DNA of 64,000 nt from Azolla caroliniana (GCA_043228905.1 JBHGNT010000044.1:62001-126000), one strand, 5' to 3'. Positions 39,874 to 54,500 are shown, counted from the stretch's first letter. The notes: a model not told the origin generated them from the sequence alone. Numbers and translations: made by a program.

Positions 39874-42800
39874 ATTTTTAAACTCGGGTCAAGAGACATG
39901 AAGAAATTAGCAAACTTGAGGAGTGAGTTGAGAGGACCTAGTAGGTAAATTAAAATGTTCATTCCTGGCTCGTATGGTATCGGTTTTTTGTGTTCAAACA
40001 TGCGAATCAAAGCTAACAACGCTAGCTATGATATAGAATTAAAAAATCAAGATTTTGAAACTCAGGTCCAGAGACATGATGAAAATAGAAAACCTTAGGA
40101 CGGGGTTGAGAGGAGCCCTTGAGTAAATTAAAATGTTCTTACCTGGCTCGTGTGATATCGGATTTTTGTGTTCAAACATGCGCATCGAAACTAACAATGC
40201 TAGCTACGACATGGAATTAAAAAATCAAGATTTTGAGACTCAGGACGAGAGACATGATGAAAATAGAAAACTTGGGGAGGGAGTTGAGAGGAGCCCTTGA
40301 GTAAATTAAAATGTTCATACCTGGCTCGTGTGGTATCGGATTTTTGTGTTCAAACATGCGAATCGAAGCTAACAACGCTAGCTATGATATGGAATTAAAA
40401 AATCAAGATTTTGACATCAAGTCAAGAGACATGAAGAAATTAGCAAACTTGAGGACTGAGTTGAGAAGACCTACTAGGTAAATTAAAATGTTCATACCTG
40501 GCTCGTGTGATATCGGATTTTTGTGTTCAAACATGCGAATCGAAGCTAACAACGCTAGCTATGATATGGAATTAAAAACTCAAGATTTTTAAACTCGGGT
40601 CAAGAGACATGACGAAATTACCAAATTTGAGGAGGGAGTTGAGAAGAGCCCTTGACTAAATTAAAATGTTCATACCTGGCTCGTGTGGTATCGGATTTTT
40701 GTGTTCAAACATGCGAATCGAAGCTAACAACGCTAGCTATCATATGGAATTAAAAAATCAAGTTTTTGACACTCAGGTCAAGAGACATGAAGAAATTAGC
40801 AAACTTGAGGAGTGAGTTGAGAAGACCTAGTAGGTAAATTAAAATGTTCATACCTGGCTCGTGTGATATCGGATTTTTGTGTTCAAACATGCGAATCGAA
40901 GTTAACAACGCTAGCTATCATATGGAATTAAAAAATCAAGATTTTGAAACTCAGGTCGAGAGACATGATGAAAATAGGAAACTTGAGGAGGGAGTTGAGA
41001 GGAGCCCTTGAGTAAATTAAAATGTTCATACCTCGCTCGTGTGATATCAGATTTTTATGTTCAAACATGCGCATCGAAGCTAACAATGCTAGCTACGATA
41101 TGGAATTAAAAAATCAAGGTTTTGAAACTCAGGACGAGAGACATGATGAAAATAGAAAACTTGAGGAGTGAGTTGAGAACACCTAGTAGGTAAAATTAAA
41201 ATGTTCATACCTGGCTCGTGTGATATCGGATTTTTGTGTTCACACATGCGAATCGAAGCTAACAACGCTAGCTATGATATGGAATTAAAAAATCAAGATT
41301 TTGAAACTCAGGACGAGAGACATGATGAAAATAGAAAACTTGGGGAGGGAGTTGAGAGGAGCCCTTGAGTAAATTAAAATGTTCATACCTGGCTCGTGTG
41401 GTATCGGATTTTTGTGTTCAAACATGCGAATCGAAGCTAACAACCCTAGCTATGATATGGAATTAAAAAATCAAGATTTTGAAACTCAAGTCAAGAGACA
41501 TGAAGAAATTAGCAAACTTGAGGAGTGAGTTGAGAAGACCTAGTAGGTAAATTAAAATGTTCATACCTGGCTCGTGTGATATCGGATTTTTGTGTTCAAA
41601 CATGCGAATCGAAGCTAACAACGCTAGCTATCATATGGAATTAAAAAATCAAGATTTTGAAACTCAGGTCGAGAGACATGATGAAAATAGAAAACTTAAG
41701 GAGGGAGTTGAGAGGAGCCCTTGAGTAAATTAAAATGTTCATACCTCGCTCGTGTGATATCGGATTTTTATGTTCAAACATGCGCATCGAAGCTAACAAT
41801 GCTAGCTACGATATGGAATTAAAAAATCAAGATTTTGAAACTCAGGACGAGAGACATGATGAAAATAGAAAACTTGGGGAGCGAGTTGAGAGGAGCCCTT
41901 GAGTAAATTAAAATGTTCATACCTGGCTCGTGTGGTATCGGATTTTTGTGTTCAAACATGCGTATCGAAGCTAACAACGCTAGCTATGATATGGAATTAA
42001 AAAATCAAGATTTTGAAACTCAGGTCAAGAGACATGAAGAAATTAGCAAACTTGAGGACTGAGTTGAGAAGACCTAGTAGGTAAATTAAAATGTTCATAC
42101 CTGGCTCGTGTGATATCGGATTTTTGTGTTCAAACATGCGAATCGAAGCTAACAACGCTAGCTATGATATGGAATTAAAAACTCAAGATTTTGAAACTCA
42201 GGTCAAGAGACATGAAGAAATTAGCAAACTTGAGGAGTGAGTTCAGAAGACCAAGTAGGTAAATTAAAATGTTCATACCTGGCTCGTGTGATATCGGATT
42301 TTTGTGTTCAAACATGCGAATCGAAGCTAACAACGCTAGCTATGATATGGAATTAAAAAATCAAGATTTTCAAACTCAGGTCAAGAGACATGAAGAAATT
42401 AGCAAACTTGAGGACTGAGTTGAGAAGACCTAGTAAGTAAATTAAAATGTTCATACCTGGCTCGTGTGATATCGGATTTTTGTGTTCAAACATGCGAATC
42501 GAAGCTAACAATTTTAGCTATGATATGGAATTAAAAACTCAAGATTTTTAAACTCGGGTCAAGAGACATGACGAAATTACCCAATTTGAGGAGGGAGTTG
42601 AGAAGAACCCTTGACTAAATTAAAATGTTCATACCTGGCTCGTGTGCTATCAGATATTTGTGTTCAAACATGCGAATCGAAGCTAACAATGCTAGCTACA
42701 ATATGAAATTAAAAAATCAAGATTTTGAAACTCAGGACGAGAGACATGATGAAAATAGAAAACATGGGGTGGGAGTTGAGAGGAACCCTTGAGTGAATTA

Positions 42801-45800
42801 AAATGTTCATACCTGGCTTGTGTGGTATCTGATTTTTGTGTTCAAACATACGAATCGAAGCTAAAAACGCTAGCTATCATACGGAATTAAGAAATCAAGA
42901 TTTTGACACTCAAGTCAAGAGACATGAAGAAATTAGCAAACTTGAGGAGTGAGTTGAGGACACCTAGTAGGTAAATTAAAATGTTCATACCTGGCTCGTG
43001 TGATATCGGATTTTTGTGTTCAAACATGCGAATCGAAGCTAACAACGCTAGCTATGATATGGAATTAAAAACTCAAGATTTTTAAACTCGGGTCAAGAGA
43101 CATGAAGAAATTAGCAAACTTGAGGAGTGAGTTGAGAGGACCTAGTAGGTAAATTAAAATGTTCATTCCTGGCTCGTATGGTATCGGTTTTTTGTGTTCA
43201 AACATGCGAATCAAAGCTAACAACGCTAGCTATGATATAGAATTAAAAAATCAAGATTTTGAAACTCAGGTCCAGAGACATGATGAAAATAGAAAACCTT
43301 AGGACGGGGTTGAGAGGAGCCCTTGAGTAAATTAAAATGTTCTTACCTGGCTCGTGTGATATCGGATTTTTGTGTTCAAACATGCGCATCGAAACTAACA
43401 ATGCTAGCTACGACATGGAATTAAAAAATCAAGATTTTGAGACTCAGGACGAGAGACATGATGAAAATAGAAAACTTGGGGAGGGAGTTGAGAGGAGCCC
43501 TTGAGTAAATTAAAATGTTCATACCTGGCTCGTGTGGTATCGGATTTTTGTGTTCAAACATGCGAATCGAAGCTAACAACGCTAGCTATGATATGGAATT
43601 AAAAAATCAAGATTTTGACATCAAGTCAAGAGACATGAAGAAATTAGCAAACTTGAGGACTGAGTTGAGAAGACCTACTAGGTAAATTAAAATGTTCATA
43701 CCTGGCTCGTGTGATATCGGATTTTTGTGTTCAAACATGCGAATCGAAGCTAACAACGCTAGCTATGATATGGAATTAAAAACTCAAGATTTTTAAACTC
43801 GGGTCAAGAGACATGACGAAATTACCAAATTTGAGGAGGGAGTTGAGAAGAGCCCTTGACTAAATTAAAATGTTCATACCTGGCTCGTGTGGTATCGGAT
43901 TTTTGTGTTCAAACATGCGAATCGAAGCTAACAACGCTAGCTATCATATGGAATTAAAAAATCAAGTTTTTGACACTCAGGTCAAGAGACATGAAGAAAT
44001 TAGCAAACTTGAGGAGTGAGTTGAGAAGACCTAGTAGGTAAATTAAAATGTTCATACCTGGCTCGTGTGATATCGGATTTTTGTGTTCAAACATGCGAAT
44101 CGAAGTTAACAACGCTAGCTATCATATGGAATTAAAAAATCAAGATTTTGAAACTCAGGTCGAGAGACATGATGAAAATAGGAAACTTGAGGAGGGAGTT
44201 GAGAGGAGCCCTTGAGTAAATTAAAATGTTCATACCTCGCTCGTGTGATATCAGATTTTTATGTTCAAACATGCGCATCGAAGCTAACAATGCTAGCTAC
44301 GATATGGAATTAAAAAATCAAGGTTTTGAAACTCAGGACGAGAGACATGATGAAAATAGAAAACTTGAGGAGTGAGTTGAGAACACCTAGTAGGTAAAAT
44401 TAAAATGTTCATACCTGGCTCGTGTGATATCGGATTTTTGTGTTCACACATGCGAATCGAAGCTAACAACGCTAGCTATGATATGGAATTAAAAAATCAA
44501 GATTTTGAAACTCAGGACGAGAGACATGATGAAAATAGAAAACTTGGGGAGGGAGTTGAGAGGAGCCCTTGAGTAAATTAAAATGTTCATACCTGGCTCG
44601 TGTGGTATCGGATTTTTGTGTTCAAACATGCGAATCGAAGCTAACAACCCTAGCTATGATATGGAATTAAAAAATCAAGATTTTGACACTCAAGTCAAGA
44701 GACATGAAGAAATTAGCAAACTTGAGGAGTGAGTTGAGAAGACCTAGTAGGTAAATTAAAATGTTCATACCTGGCTCGTGTGATATCGGATTTTTGTGTT
44801 CAAACATGCGAATCGAAGCTAACAACGCTAGCTATCATATGGAATTAAAAAATCAAGATTTTGAAACTCAGGTCGAGAGACATGATGAAAATAGAAAACT
44901 TAAGGAGGGAGTTGAGAGGAGCCCTTGAGTAAATTAAAATGTTCATACCTCGCTCGTGTGATATCGGATTTTTATGTTCAAACATGCGCATCGAAGCTAA
45001 CAATGCTAGCTACGATATGGAATTAAAAAATCAAGATTTTGAAACTCAGGACGAGAGACATGATGAAAATAGAAAACTTGGGGAGCGAGTTGAGAGGAGC
45101 CCTTGAGTAAATTAAAATGTTCATACCTGGCTCGTGTGGTATCGGATTTTTGTGTTCAAACATGCGTATCGAAGCTAACAACGCTAGCTATGATATGGAA
45201 TTAAAAAATCAAGATTTTGAAACTCAGGTCAAGAGACATGAAGAAATTAGCAAACTTGAGGACTGAGTTGAGAAGACCTAGTAGGTAAATTAAAATGTTC
45301 ATACCTGGCTCGTGTGATATCGGATTTTTGTGTTCAAACATGCGAATCGAAGCTAACAACGCTAGCTATGATATGGAATTAAAAACTCAAGATTTTGAAA
45401 CTCAGGTCAAGAGACATGAAGAAATTAGCAAACTTGAGGAGTGAGTTCAGAAGACCAAGTAGGTAAATTAAAATGTTCATACCTGGCTCGTGTGATATCG
45501 GATTTTTGTGTTCAAACATGCGAATCGAAGCTAACAACGCTAGCTATGATATGGAATTAAAAAATCAAGATTTTCAAACTCAGGTCAAGAGACATGAAGA
45601 AATTAGCAAACTTGAGGACTGAGTTGAGAAGACCTAGTAAGTAAATTAAAATGTTCATACCTGGCTCGTGTGATATCGGATTTTTGTGTTCAAACATGCG
45701 AATCGAAGCTAACAATTTTAGCTATGATATGGAATTAAAAACTCAAGATTTTTAAACTCGGGTCAAGAGACATGACGAAATTACCCAATTTGAGGAGGGA

Positions 45801-46309
45801 GTTGAGAAGAACCCTTGACTAAATTAAAATGTTCATACCTGGCTCGTGTGCTATCAGATATTTGTGTTCAAACATGCGAATCGAAGCTAACAATGCTAGC
45901 TACAATATGAAATTAAAAAATCAAGATTTTGAAACTCAGGACGAGAGACATGATGAAAATAGAAAACATGGGGTGGGAGTTGAGAGGAACCCTTGAGTGA
46001 ATTAAAATGTTCATACCTGGCTTGTGTGGTATCTGATTTTTGTGTTCAAACATACGAATCGAAGCTAAAAACGCTAGCTATCATACGGAATTAAGAAATC
46101 AAGATTTTGACACTCAAGTCAAGAGACATGAAGAAATTAGCAAACTTGAGGAGTGAGTTGAGGACACCTAGTAGGTAAATTAAAATGTTCATACCTGGCT
46201 CGTGTGATATCGGATTTTTGTGTTCAAACATGCGAATCGAAGCTAACAACGCTAGCTATGATATGGAATTAAAAACTCAAGATTTTTAAACTCGGGTCAA
46301 GAGACATGA
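39874..46309 (+). repeat. 18-monomer tandem duplication (3204 bp x2) of diverged monomers
   Basis: Offset 3204 for aatcaaagc 40009/43213, the 1-bp deletion gacatcaa 40417/43621, aattttagc 42511/45715 and gaggacacc 42960/46164. Confidence 0.94.
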
Positions 46310-48591
46310 CGAAATTACCAAATTTGAGGAGGGAGTTGAGAAGAGCCCTTGACTAAATTAAAATGTTCATACATGGCTCGTGTGATATCGGATTTTTGTG
46401 TTCAAACATGCGAATCGAAGCTAACAACGCTAGCTATGATATGGAATTAAAAACTCAATATTTTTAAACTCGGGTTAAGAGACATGAAGAAATTAGCAAA
46501 CTTGAGGAGGGAGTTGAGAGGAGCCCTTGACTAAATTAAAATGTTCATACCTGGCTCGTGTGATATCGGATATTTGTGTTCAAACATGAGAACCGAAGCT
46601 AACAATGCTAGCTACGATATGGAATTAAAAAATCAAGATTTCGAAACTCAGGACGAGAGACATGATGAAAATAGAAAACTTGGGGAGGGAGTTGAGAGGA
46701 GCCCTTGAGTAAATTAAAATGTTCATACCTAGCTCGTGTGGTATCGGATTTTTGTGTTCAAACATGCGTATCGAAGCTAACAACGCTAGCTATGATATGG
46801 ATTTAAAAAATCAAGATTTTTAAACTCGGGTCAAGAGACATGACGAAATTACCAAATTTGAGGAGGGAGTTGAGAAGAGCCCTTGACTAAATTAAAATGT
46901 TCATACCTGGCTCGTGTGATATCGGATATTTGTGTTCAAACATGCGAATCGAAGCTAACAACGCTAGCTATGATATGGAATTAAAAACTCAAGATTTTTA
47001 AACTCGGGTCAAGAGACATGACGAAATTACCAAATTTGAGGAGGGAGTTGAGAAGAGCCCTTGAGTAAATTAAAATGTTCATACCTGGCTCGTGTGATAT
47101 CGGATATTTGTGTTCAAACATGCGAATCGAAGCTAACAATGCTAGCTACGATATGGAATTAAAAAATCAAGGTTTTGAAACTCAAGACGAGAGACATGAT
47201 GAAAATAGAAAACTTGGGGAGGGAGTTGAGAGGAGCCCTTGAGTAAATTAAAATGTTCATACCTGGCTCGTGTGGTATCGGATTTTTGTGTTCAAACATG
47301 CGTATCGAAGCTAACAACGCTAGCTATGATATGGAATTAAAAAATCAAGATTTTGAAACTCAGGTCAAGAGACATGAAGAAATTAGCAAACTTGAGGACT
47401 GAGTTGAGAAGACCTAGTAGGTAAATTAAAATGTTCATACCTAGCTCGTGTGAAATCGGATTTTTGTGTTCAAACATGCGAATCGAAGCTAACAATGCTA
47501 ACTATGATATGGAATTAAAAAATCAAGATTTTAAAACTCAGGACGAGAGACATGATGAAAATAGAAAACTTGGGGAGGGAGTTGAGAGGAGCCCTTGAGT
47601 AAATTAAAATGTTCATACCTGGCTCGTGTGGTATCGGATTTTTGTGTTCAAACATGCGAATCGAAGCTAACAACGCTAGCTATTATATGGAATTAAAAAA
47701 TCAAGATTTTGACACTCAAGTCAAGAGACATGAAGAAATTAGCAAACTTGAGGAGTGAGTTGAGAACACCTAGTAGGTAAAATTAAAATGTTCATACCTG
47801 GCTCGTGTGGTATCGGATTTTTGTGTTCAAACATGCGTATCGAAGCTAACAACGCTAGCTATGATATGGAATTAAAAAATCAAGATTTTGAAACTCAGGT
47901 CAAGAGACATGAAGAAATTAGCAAACTTGAGGACTGAGTTGAGAAAACCTAGTAGGTAAATTAAAATGTTCATACCTGGCTCGTGTGATATCGGATTTTT
48001 GTGTTAAAACATGCGAATCGAAGCTAACAACGCTAGCTATGATATGGAATTAAAAACTCAAGATTTTGAAACTCAGGTCAAGACACATGAAGAAATTAGC
48101 AAACTTGAGGAGTGAGTTCAGAAGACCAAGTAGGTAAATTAAAATGTTCATACCTGGCTCGTGTGATATCGGATTTTTGTGTTCAAACATGCGAATCGAA
48201 GCTAACAACGCTAGCTATGATATGGAATTAAAAAATCAAGATTTTCAAACTCAGGTCAAGAGACATGAAGAAATTAGCAAACTTGAGGACTGAGTTGAGA
48301 AGACCTAGTAAGTAAATTAAAATGTTCATACCTGGCTCGTGTGAAATCGGATTTTTGTGTTCAAACATGCGAATCGAAGCTAACAACGCTAGCTATGATA
48401 TGGAATTAAAAAATCAAGATTTTGAAACTCAGGACGAGAGACATGATGAAAATAGAAAACTTGGGGAGCGAGTTGAGAGGAGCCCTTGAGTAAATTAAAA
48501 TGTTCATACCTGGCTCGTGTGGTATCGGATATTTGTGTTCAAACATGCGAATCGAAGCTAACAACGCTAGCTATGATATGGAATTAAAAAA

Positions 48592-51500
48592 TCAAGATTT
48601 TGAAACTCAGGTCAAGAGACATGAAGAAATTAGCAAACTTGAGGACTGAGTTGAGAAGACCTAGTAGGTAAATTAAAATGTTCATACGTGGCTCGTGTGA
48701 TATCGGATTTTTGTGTTCAAACATGCGAATCGAAGCTAACAACGCTAGCTATGATATGGAATTAAAAACTCAAGATTTTGAAACTCAGGTCAAGAGACAT
48801 GAAGAAATTAGCAAACTTGAGGAGTGAGTTCAGAAGACCAAGTAGGTAAATTAAAATGTTCATACCTGGCTCGTGTGATATCGGATTTTTGTGTTCAAAC
48901 ATGCGAATCGAAGCTAACAACGCTAGCTATGATATGGAATGAAAAAATCAAGATTTTGAAACTCAGGTAAAGAGACATGAAGAAATTAGCAAACTTGAGG
49001 AGGGAGTTGAGAGGAGGCCTTGAGTAAATTAAAATGTTCCTACCTCGCTCGAGTGATATCAGATTTTTGTGTTCAAACATGCGAATCGAAGCTAACAACG
49101 CTAGCTATGATATGAAATTAAAAAATCAAGATTTTGAAACTCAGGTCAAGAGACATGAAGAAATTAGCAAACTTGAGGAGTGAGTTGAGAACACCTAGTA
49201 GGTAAAATTAAAATGTTCATACCTGGCTCGTGTGATATCGGATTTTTGTGTTCAAACATGCGAATCGAAGCTAACAACGCTAGCTCTGATATGGAATTAA
49301 AAAATCAAGATTTTGAAACTCAGGTAAAGAGACATGAAGAAATTAGCAAACTTGAGGACTGAGTTGAGAAGACCTAGTAGGTAAATTAAAATGTTCATAC
49401 CTGGCTCGTGTGAAATCGGATTTTTGTGTTCAAACATGCGAATCGAAGCTAACAACGCTAGCTATGATATGAAATTAAAAAATCAAGATTTTGAAACTCA
49501 GGTCAAGAGACATGAAGAAATTAGCAAACTTGAGGAGTGAGTTGAGAACACCTAGTAGGTAAATTAAAATGTTCATACCTGGCTCGTGTGATATCGGATT
49601 TTTGTGTTCAAACATGCGAATCGAAGCTAACAACGCTAGCTATGATATGGAATTAAAAACTCAAGGTTTTGAAACTCAGGTCAAGAGACATGAAGAAATT
49701 AGCAAAGTTGAGGAGTGAGTTCAGAAGACCAAGTAGGTAAATTAAAGTGTTCATACCTGGCTCGTGTGATATCGGATTTTTGTGTTCAAACATGCGAATC
49801 GAAGCTAACAACGCTAGCTATGATATGGAATGAAAAAATCAAGATTTTGAAACTCAGGTAAAGAGACATGAAGAAATTAGCAAACTTGAGGAGGGAGTTG
49901 AGAGGAGGCCTTGAGTAAATTAAAATGTTCCTACCTCGCTCGAGTGATATCAGATTTTTGTGTTCAAACATGCGAATCGAAGCTAACAACGCTAGCTATG
50001 ATATGAAATTAAAAAATCAAGATTTTGAAACTCAGGTCAAGAGACATGAAGAAATTAGCAAACTTGAGGAGTGAGTTGAGAACACCTAGTAGCTAAAATT
50101 AAAATGTTCATACCTGGCTCGTGTGATATCGGATTTTCGTGTTCAAACATGCGCATCGAAGCTAACAATGCTAGCTACGATGTGGAATTAAAAAATCAAG
50201 ATTTTGAAACTCAGGACGAGAGACATGATGAAAATAGAAAACTTGGGGAGGGAGTTGAGAGGAGCCCTTGAGTAAATTAAAATGTTCATACCTGGCTCGT
50301 GTGGTATCGGATTTTTGTGTTCAAACATGCGAATCGAAGCTAACAACGCTAGCTATCATATGGAATTAAGAAATCAAGATTTTGACACTCAAGTCAAGAG
50401 AAATGAAGAAATTAGCAAACTTGAGGAGTGAGTTGAGAACACCTAGTAGGTAAATTAAAATGTTCATACCTGGCTCGTGTGATATCGGATTTTTGTGTTC
50501 AAACATGCGAATCGAAGCTAACAACGCTAGCTATGATATGGAATTAAAAACTCAAGATTTTGAAACTCAGGTCAAGAGACATGAAGAAATTAGCAAACTT
50601 GAGGAGTGAGTTCAGAAGACCAAGTAGGTAAATTAAAATGTTCATACCTGGCTCGTGTGATATCGGATTTTTGTGTTCAAACATGCGAATCGAAGCTAAC
50701 AACGCTAGCTATGATATGGAATTAAAAACTCAAGATTTTGAAACTCAGGTCAAGAGACATGAAGAAATTAGCAAACTTGAGGAGTGAGTTCAGAAGACCA
50801 AGTAGGTAAATTAAAATGTTCATACCTGGCTCGTGTGATATCGGATTTTTGTGTTCAAACATGCGAATCGAAGCTAACAACGCTAGCTGTGATATGGAAT
50901 TAAAAAATCAAGATTTTGAAACTCAGGTAAAGAGACATGAAGAAATTAGCAAACTTGAGGAGTGAGTTGAGAAGACCTAGTAGGTAAATTAAAATGTTCA
51001 TACCTGGCTCGTGTGAAATCGGATTTTTGTGTTCAAACATGCGAATCGAAGCTAACAACGCTAGCTATGATATGAAATTAAAAAATCAAGATTTTGAAAC
51101 TCAGGTCAAGAGACATGAAGAAATTAGCAAACTTGAGGAGTGAGTTGAGAACACCTAGTAGGTAAAATTAAAATGTTCATACCTGGCTCGTGTGATATCG
51201 GATTTTTGTGTTCAAACATGCGCATCGAAGCTAACAATGCTAGCTACGATATCGAATTAAAAAATCAAGATTTTGAAACTCTGGACGAGAGACATGATGA
51301 AAATAGAAAACTTGGGGAGGGAGTTGAGAGGAGCCCTTGAGTAAATTAAAATGTTCATACCTGGCTCGTGTGCTATCGGATTTTTGTGTTCAAACATGCG
51401 TATCGAAGCTAACAACGCTAGCTATGATATGGAATTAAAAAATCAAGATTTTCAAACTCAGGTCAAGAGACATGAAGAAATTAGCAAAATTGAGGACTGA

Positions 51501-54500
51501 GTTGAGAAGACCTAGTAGGTAAAGTAAAATGTTCATACCTGGCTCGTGTGAAATCGGATTTTTGTGTTCAAACATGCGAATCGAAGCTAACAACGCTAGC
51601 TATGATATGGAATTAAAAACTCAAGATTTTGAAACTCAGGTCAAGAGACATGAAGAAATTAGCAAAATTGAGGACTGAGTTGAGAAGACCTAGTAGGTAA
51701 AGTAAAATGTTCATACCTGGCTCGTGTGAAATCGGATTTTTGTGTTCAAACATGCGAATCGAAGCTAACAACGCTAGCTATGATATGGAATTAAAAACTC
51801 AAGATTTTGAAACTCAGGTCAAGAGACATGAAGAAATTAGCAAACTTGAGGTGTGAGTTCAGAAGACCAAGTAGGTAAATTAAAATGTTCATAACTGGCT
51901 CGTGTGATATCAGATTTTTGTGTTCAAACATGCGAATCGAAGCTAACAACGCTAGCTATGATATGGAATTAAAAAATCAAGATTTTGAAACTCAGGTAAA
52001 GAGACATGAAGAAATTAGCAAACTTGAGGAGGGAGTTGAGAGGAGCCCTTGAGTAAATTAAAATGTTCATACCTCGCTCGTGTGATATCGGATTTTTGTG
52101 TTCAAACATGCGAATCGAAGCTAACAACGCTAGCTATCATATGGAATTAAAAAATCAAGATTTTGACACTCAAGTCAAGAGACATGAAGAAATTAGCAAA
52201 CTTGAGGAGTGAGTTGAGAACACCTAGTAGGTAAATTAAAATGTTCATACCTGGCTCGTGTGATATCGGATTTTTGTGTTCAAACATGCGAATCGAAGCT
52301 AACAACGCTAGCTATGATATGGAATTAAAAACTCAAGATTTTGAAACTCAGGTCAAGAGACATGAAGAAATTAGCAAACTTGAGGACTGAGTTGAGAAGA
52401 CCTAGTAGGTAAATTAAAATGTTCATACGTGGCTCGTGTGATATCGGATTTTTGTGTTCAAACATGCGAATCGAAGCTAACAACGCTAGCTATGATATGG
52501 AATTAAAAACTCAAGATTTTGAAACTCAGGTCAAGAGACATGAAGAAATTAGCAAACTTGAGGAGTGAGTTCAGAAGACCAAGTAGGTAAATTAAAATGT
52601 TCATACCTGGCTCGTGTGATATCGGATTTTTGTGTTCAAACATGCGAATCGAAGCTAACAACGCTAGCTATGATATGGAATGAAAAAATCAAGATTTTGA
52701 AACTCAGGTAAAGAGACATGAAGAAATTAGCAAACTTGAGGAGGGAGTTGAGAGGAGGCCTTGAGTAAATTAAAATGTTCCTACCTCGCTCGAGTGATAT
52801 CAGATTTTTGTGTTCAAACATGCGAATCGAAGCTAACAACGCTAGCTATGATATGAAATTAAAAAATCAAGATTTTGAAACTCAGGTCAAGAGACATGAA
52901 GAAATTAGCAAACTTGAGGAGTGAGTTGAGAACACCTAGTAGGTAAAATTAAAATGTTCATACCTGGCTCGTGTGATATCGGATTTTTGTGTTCAAACAT
53001 GCGAATCGAAGCTAACAACGCTAGCTCTGATATGGAATTAAAAAATCAAGATTTTGAAACTCAGGTAAAGAGACATGAAGAAATTAGCAAACTTGAGGAC
53101 TGAGTTGAGAAGACCTAGTAGGTAAATTAAAATGTTCATACCTGGCTCGTGTGAAATCGGATTTTTGTGTTCAAACATGCGAATCGAAGCTAACAACGCT
53201 AGCTATGATATGAAATTAAAAAATCAAGATTTTGAAACTCAGGTCAAGAGACATGAAGAAATTAGCAAACTTGAGGAGTGAGTTGAGAACACCTAGTAGG
53301 TAAATTAAAATGTTCATACCTGGCTCGTGTGATATCGGATTTTTGTGTTCAAACATGCGAATCGAAGCTAACAACGCTAGCTATGATATGGAATTAAAAA
53401 CTCAAGGTTTTGAAACTCAGGTCAAGAGACATGAAGAAATTAGCAAAGTTGAGGAGTGAGTTCAGAAGACCAAGTAGGTAAATTAAAATGTTCATACCTG
53501 GCTCGTGTGATATCGGATTTTTGTGTTCAAACATGCGAATCGAAGCTAACAACGCTAGCTATGATATGGAATGAAAAAATCAAGATTTTGAAACTCAGGT
53601 AAAGAGACATGAAGAAATTAGCAAACTTGAGGAGGGAGTTGAGAGGAGGCCTTGAGTAAATTAAAATGTTCCTACCTCGCTCGAGTGATATCAGATTTTT
53701 GTGTTCAAACATGCGAATCGAAGCTAACAACGCTAGCTATGATATGAAATTAAAAAATCAAGATTTTGAAACTCAGGTCAAGAGACATGAAGAAATTAGC
53801 AAACTTGAGGAGTGAGTTGAGAACACCTAGTAGGTAAAATTAAAATGTTCATACCTGGCTCGTGTGATATCGGATTTTCGTGTTCAAACATGCGCATCGA
53901 AGCTAACAATGCTAGCTACGATGTGGAATTAAAAAATCAAGATTTTGAAACTCAGGACGAGAGACATGATGAAAATAGAAAACTTGGGGAGGGAGTTGAG
54001 AGGAGCCCTTGAGTAAATTAAAATGTTCATACCTGGCTCGTGTGGTATCGGATTTTTGTGTTCAAACATGCGAATCGAAGCTAACAACGCTAGCTATCAT
54101 ATGGAATTAAGAAATCAAGATTTTGACACTCAAGTCAAGAGAAATGAAGAAATTAGCAAACTTGAGGAGTGAGTTGAGAACACCTAGTAGGTAAATTAAA
54201 ATGTTCATACCTGGCTCGTGTGATATCGGATTTTTGTGTTCAAACATGCGAATCGAAGCTAACAACGCTAGCTATGATATGGAATTAAAAACTCAAGATT
54301 TTGAAACTCAGGTCAAGAGACATGAAGAAATTAGCAAACTTGAGGAGTGAGTTCAGAAGACCAAGTAGGTAAATTAAAATGTTCATACCTGGCTCGTGTG
54401 ATATCGGATTTTTGTGTTCAAACATGCGAATCGAAGCTAACAACGCTAGCTATGATATGGAATTAAAAACTCAAGATTTTGAAACTCAGGTCAAGAGACA

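Noticed and set aside
48895-53730. Four identical 67-aa - strand ORFs
   Set aside because: Chance open frames in a duplicated monomer variant; identity reflects the 891- and 3741-bp duplications, not coding constraint.
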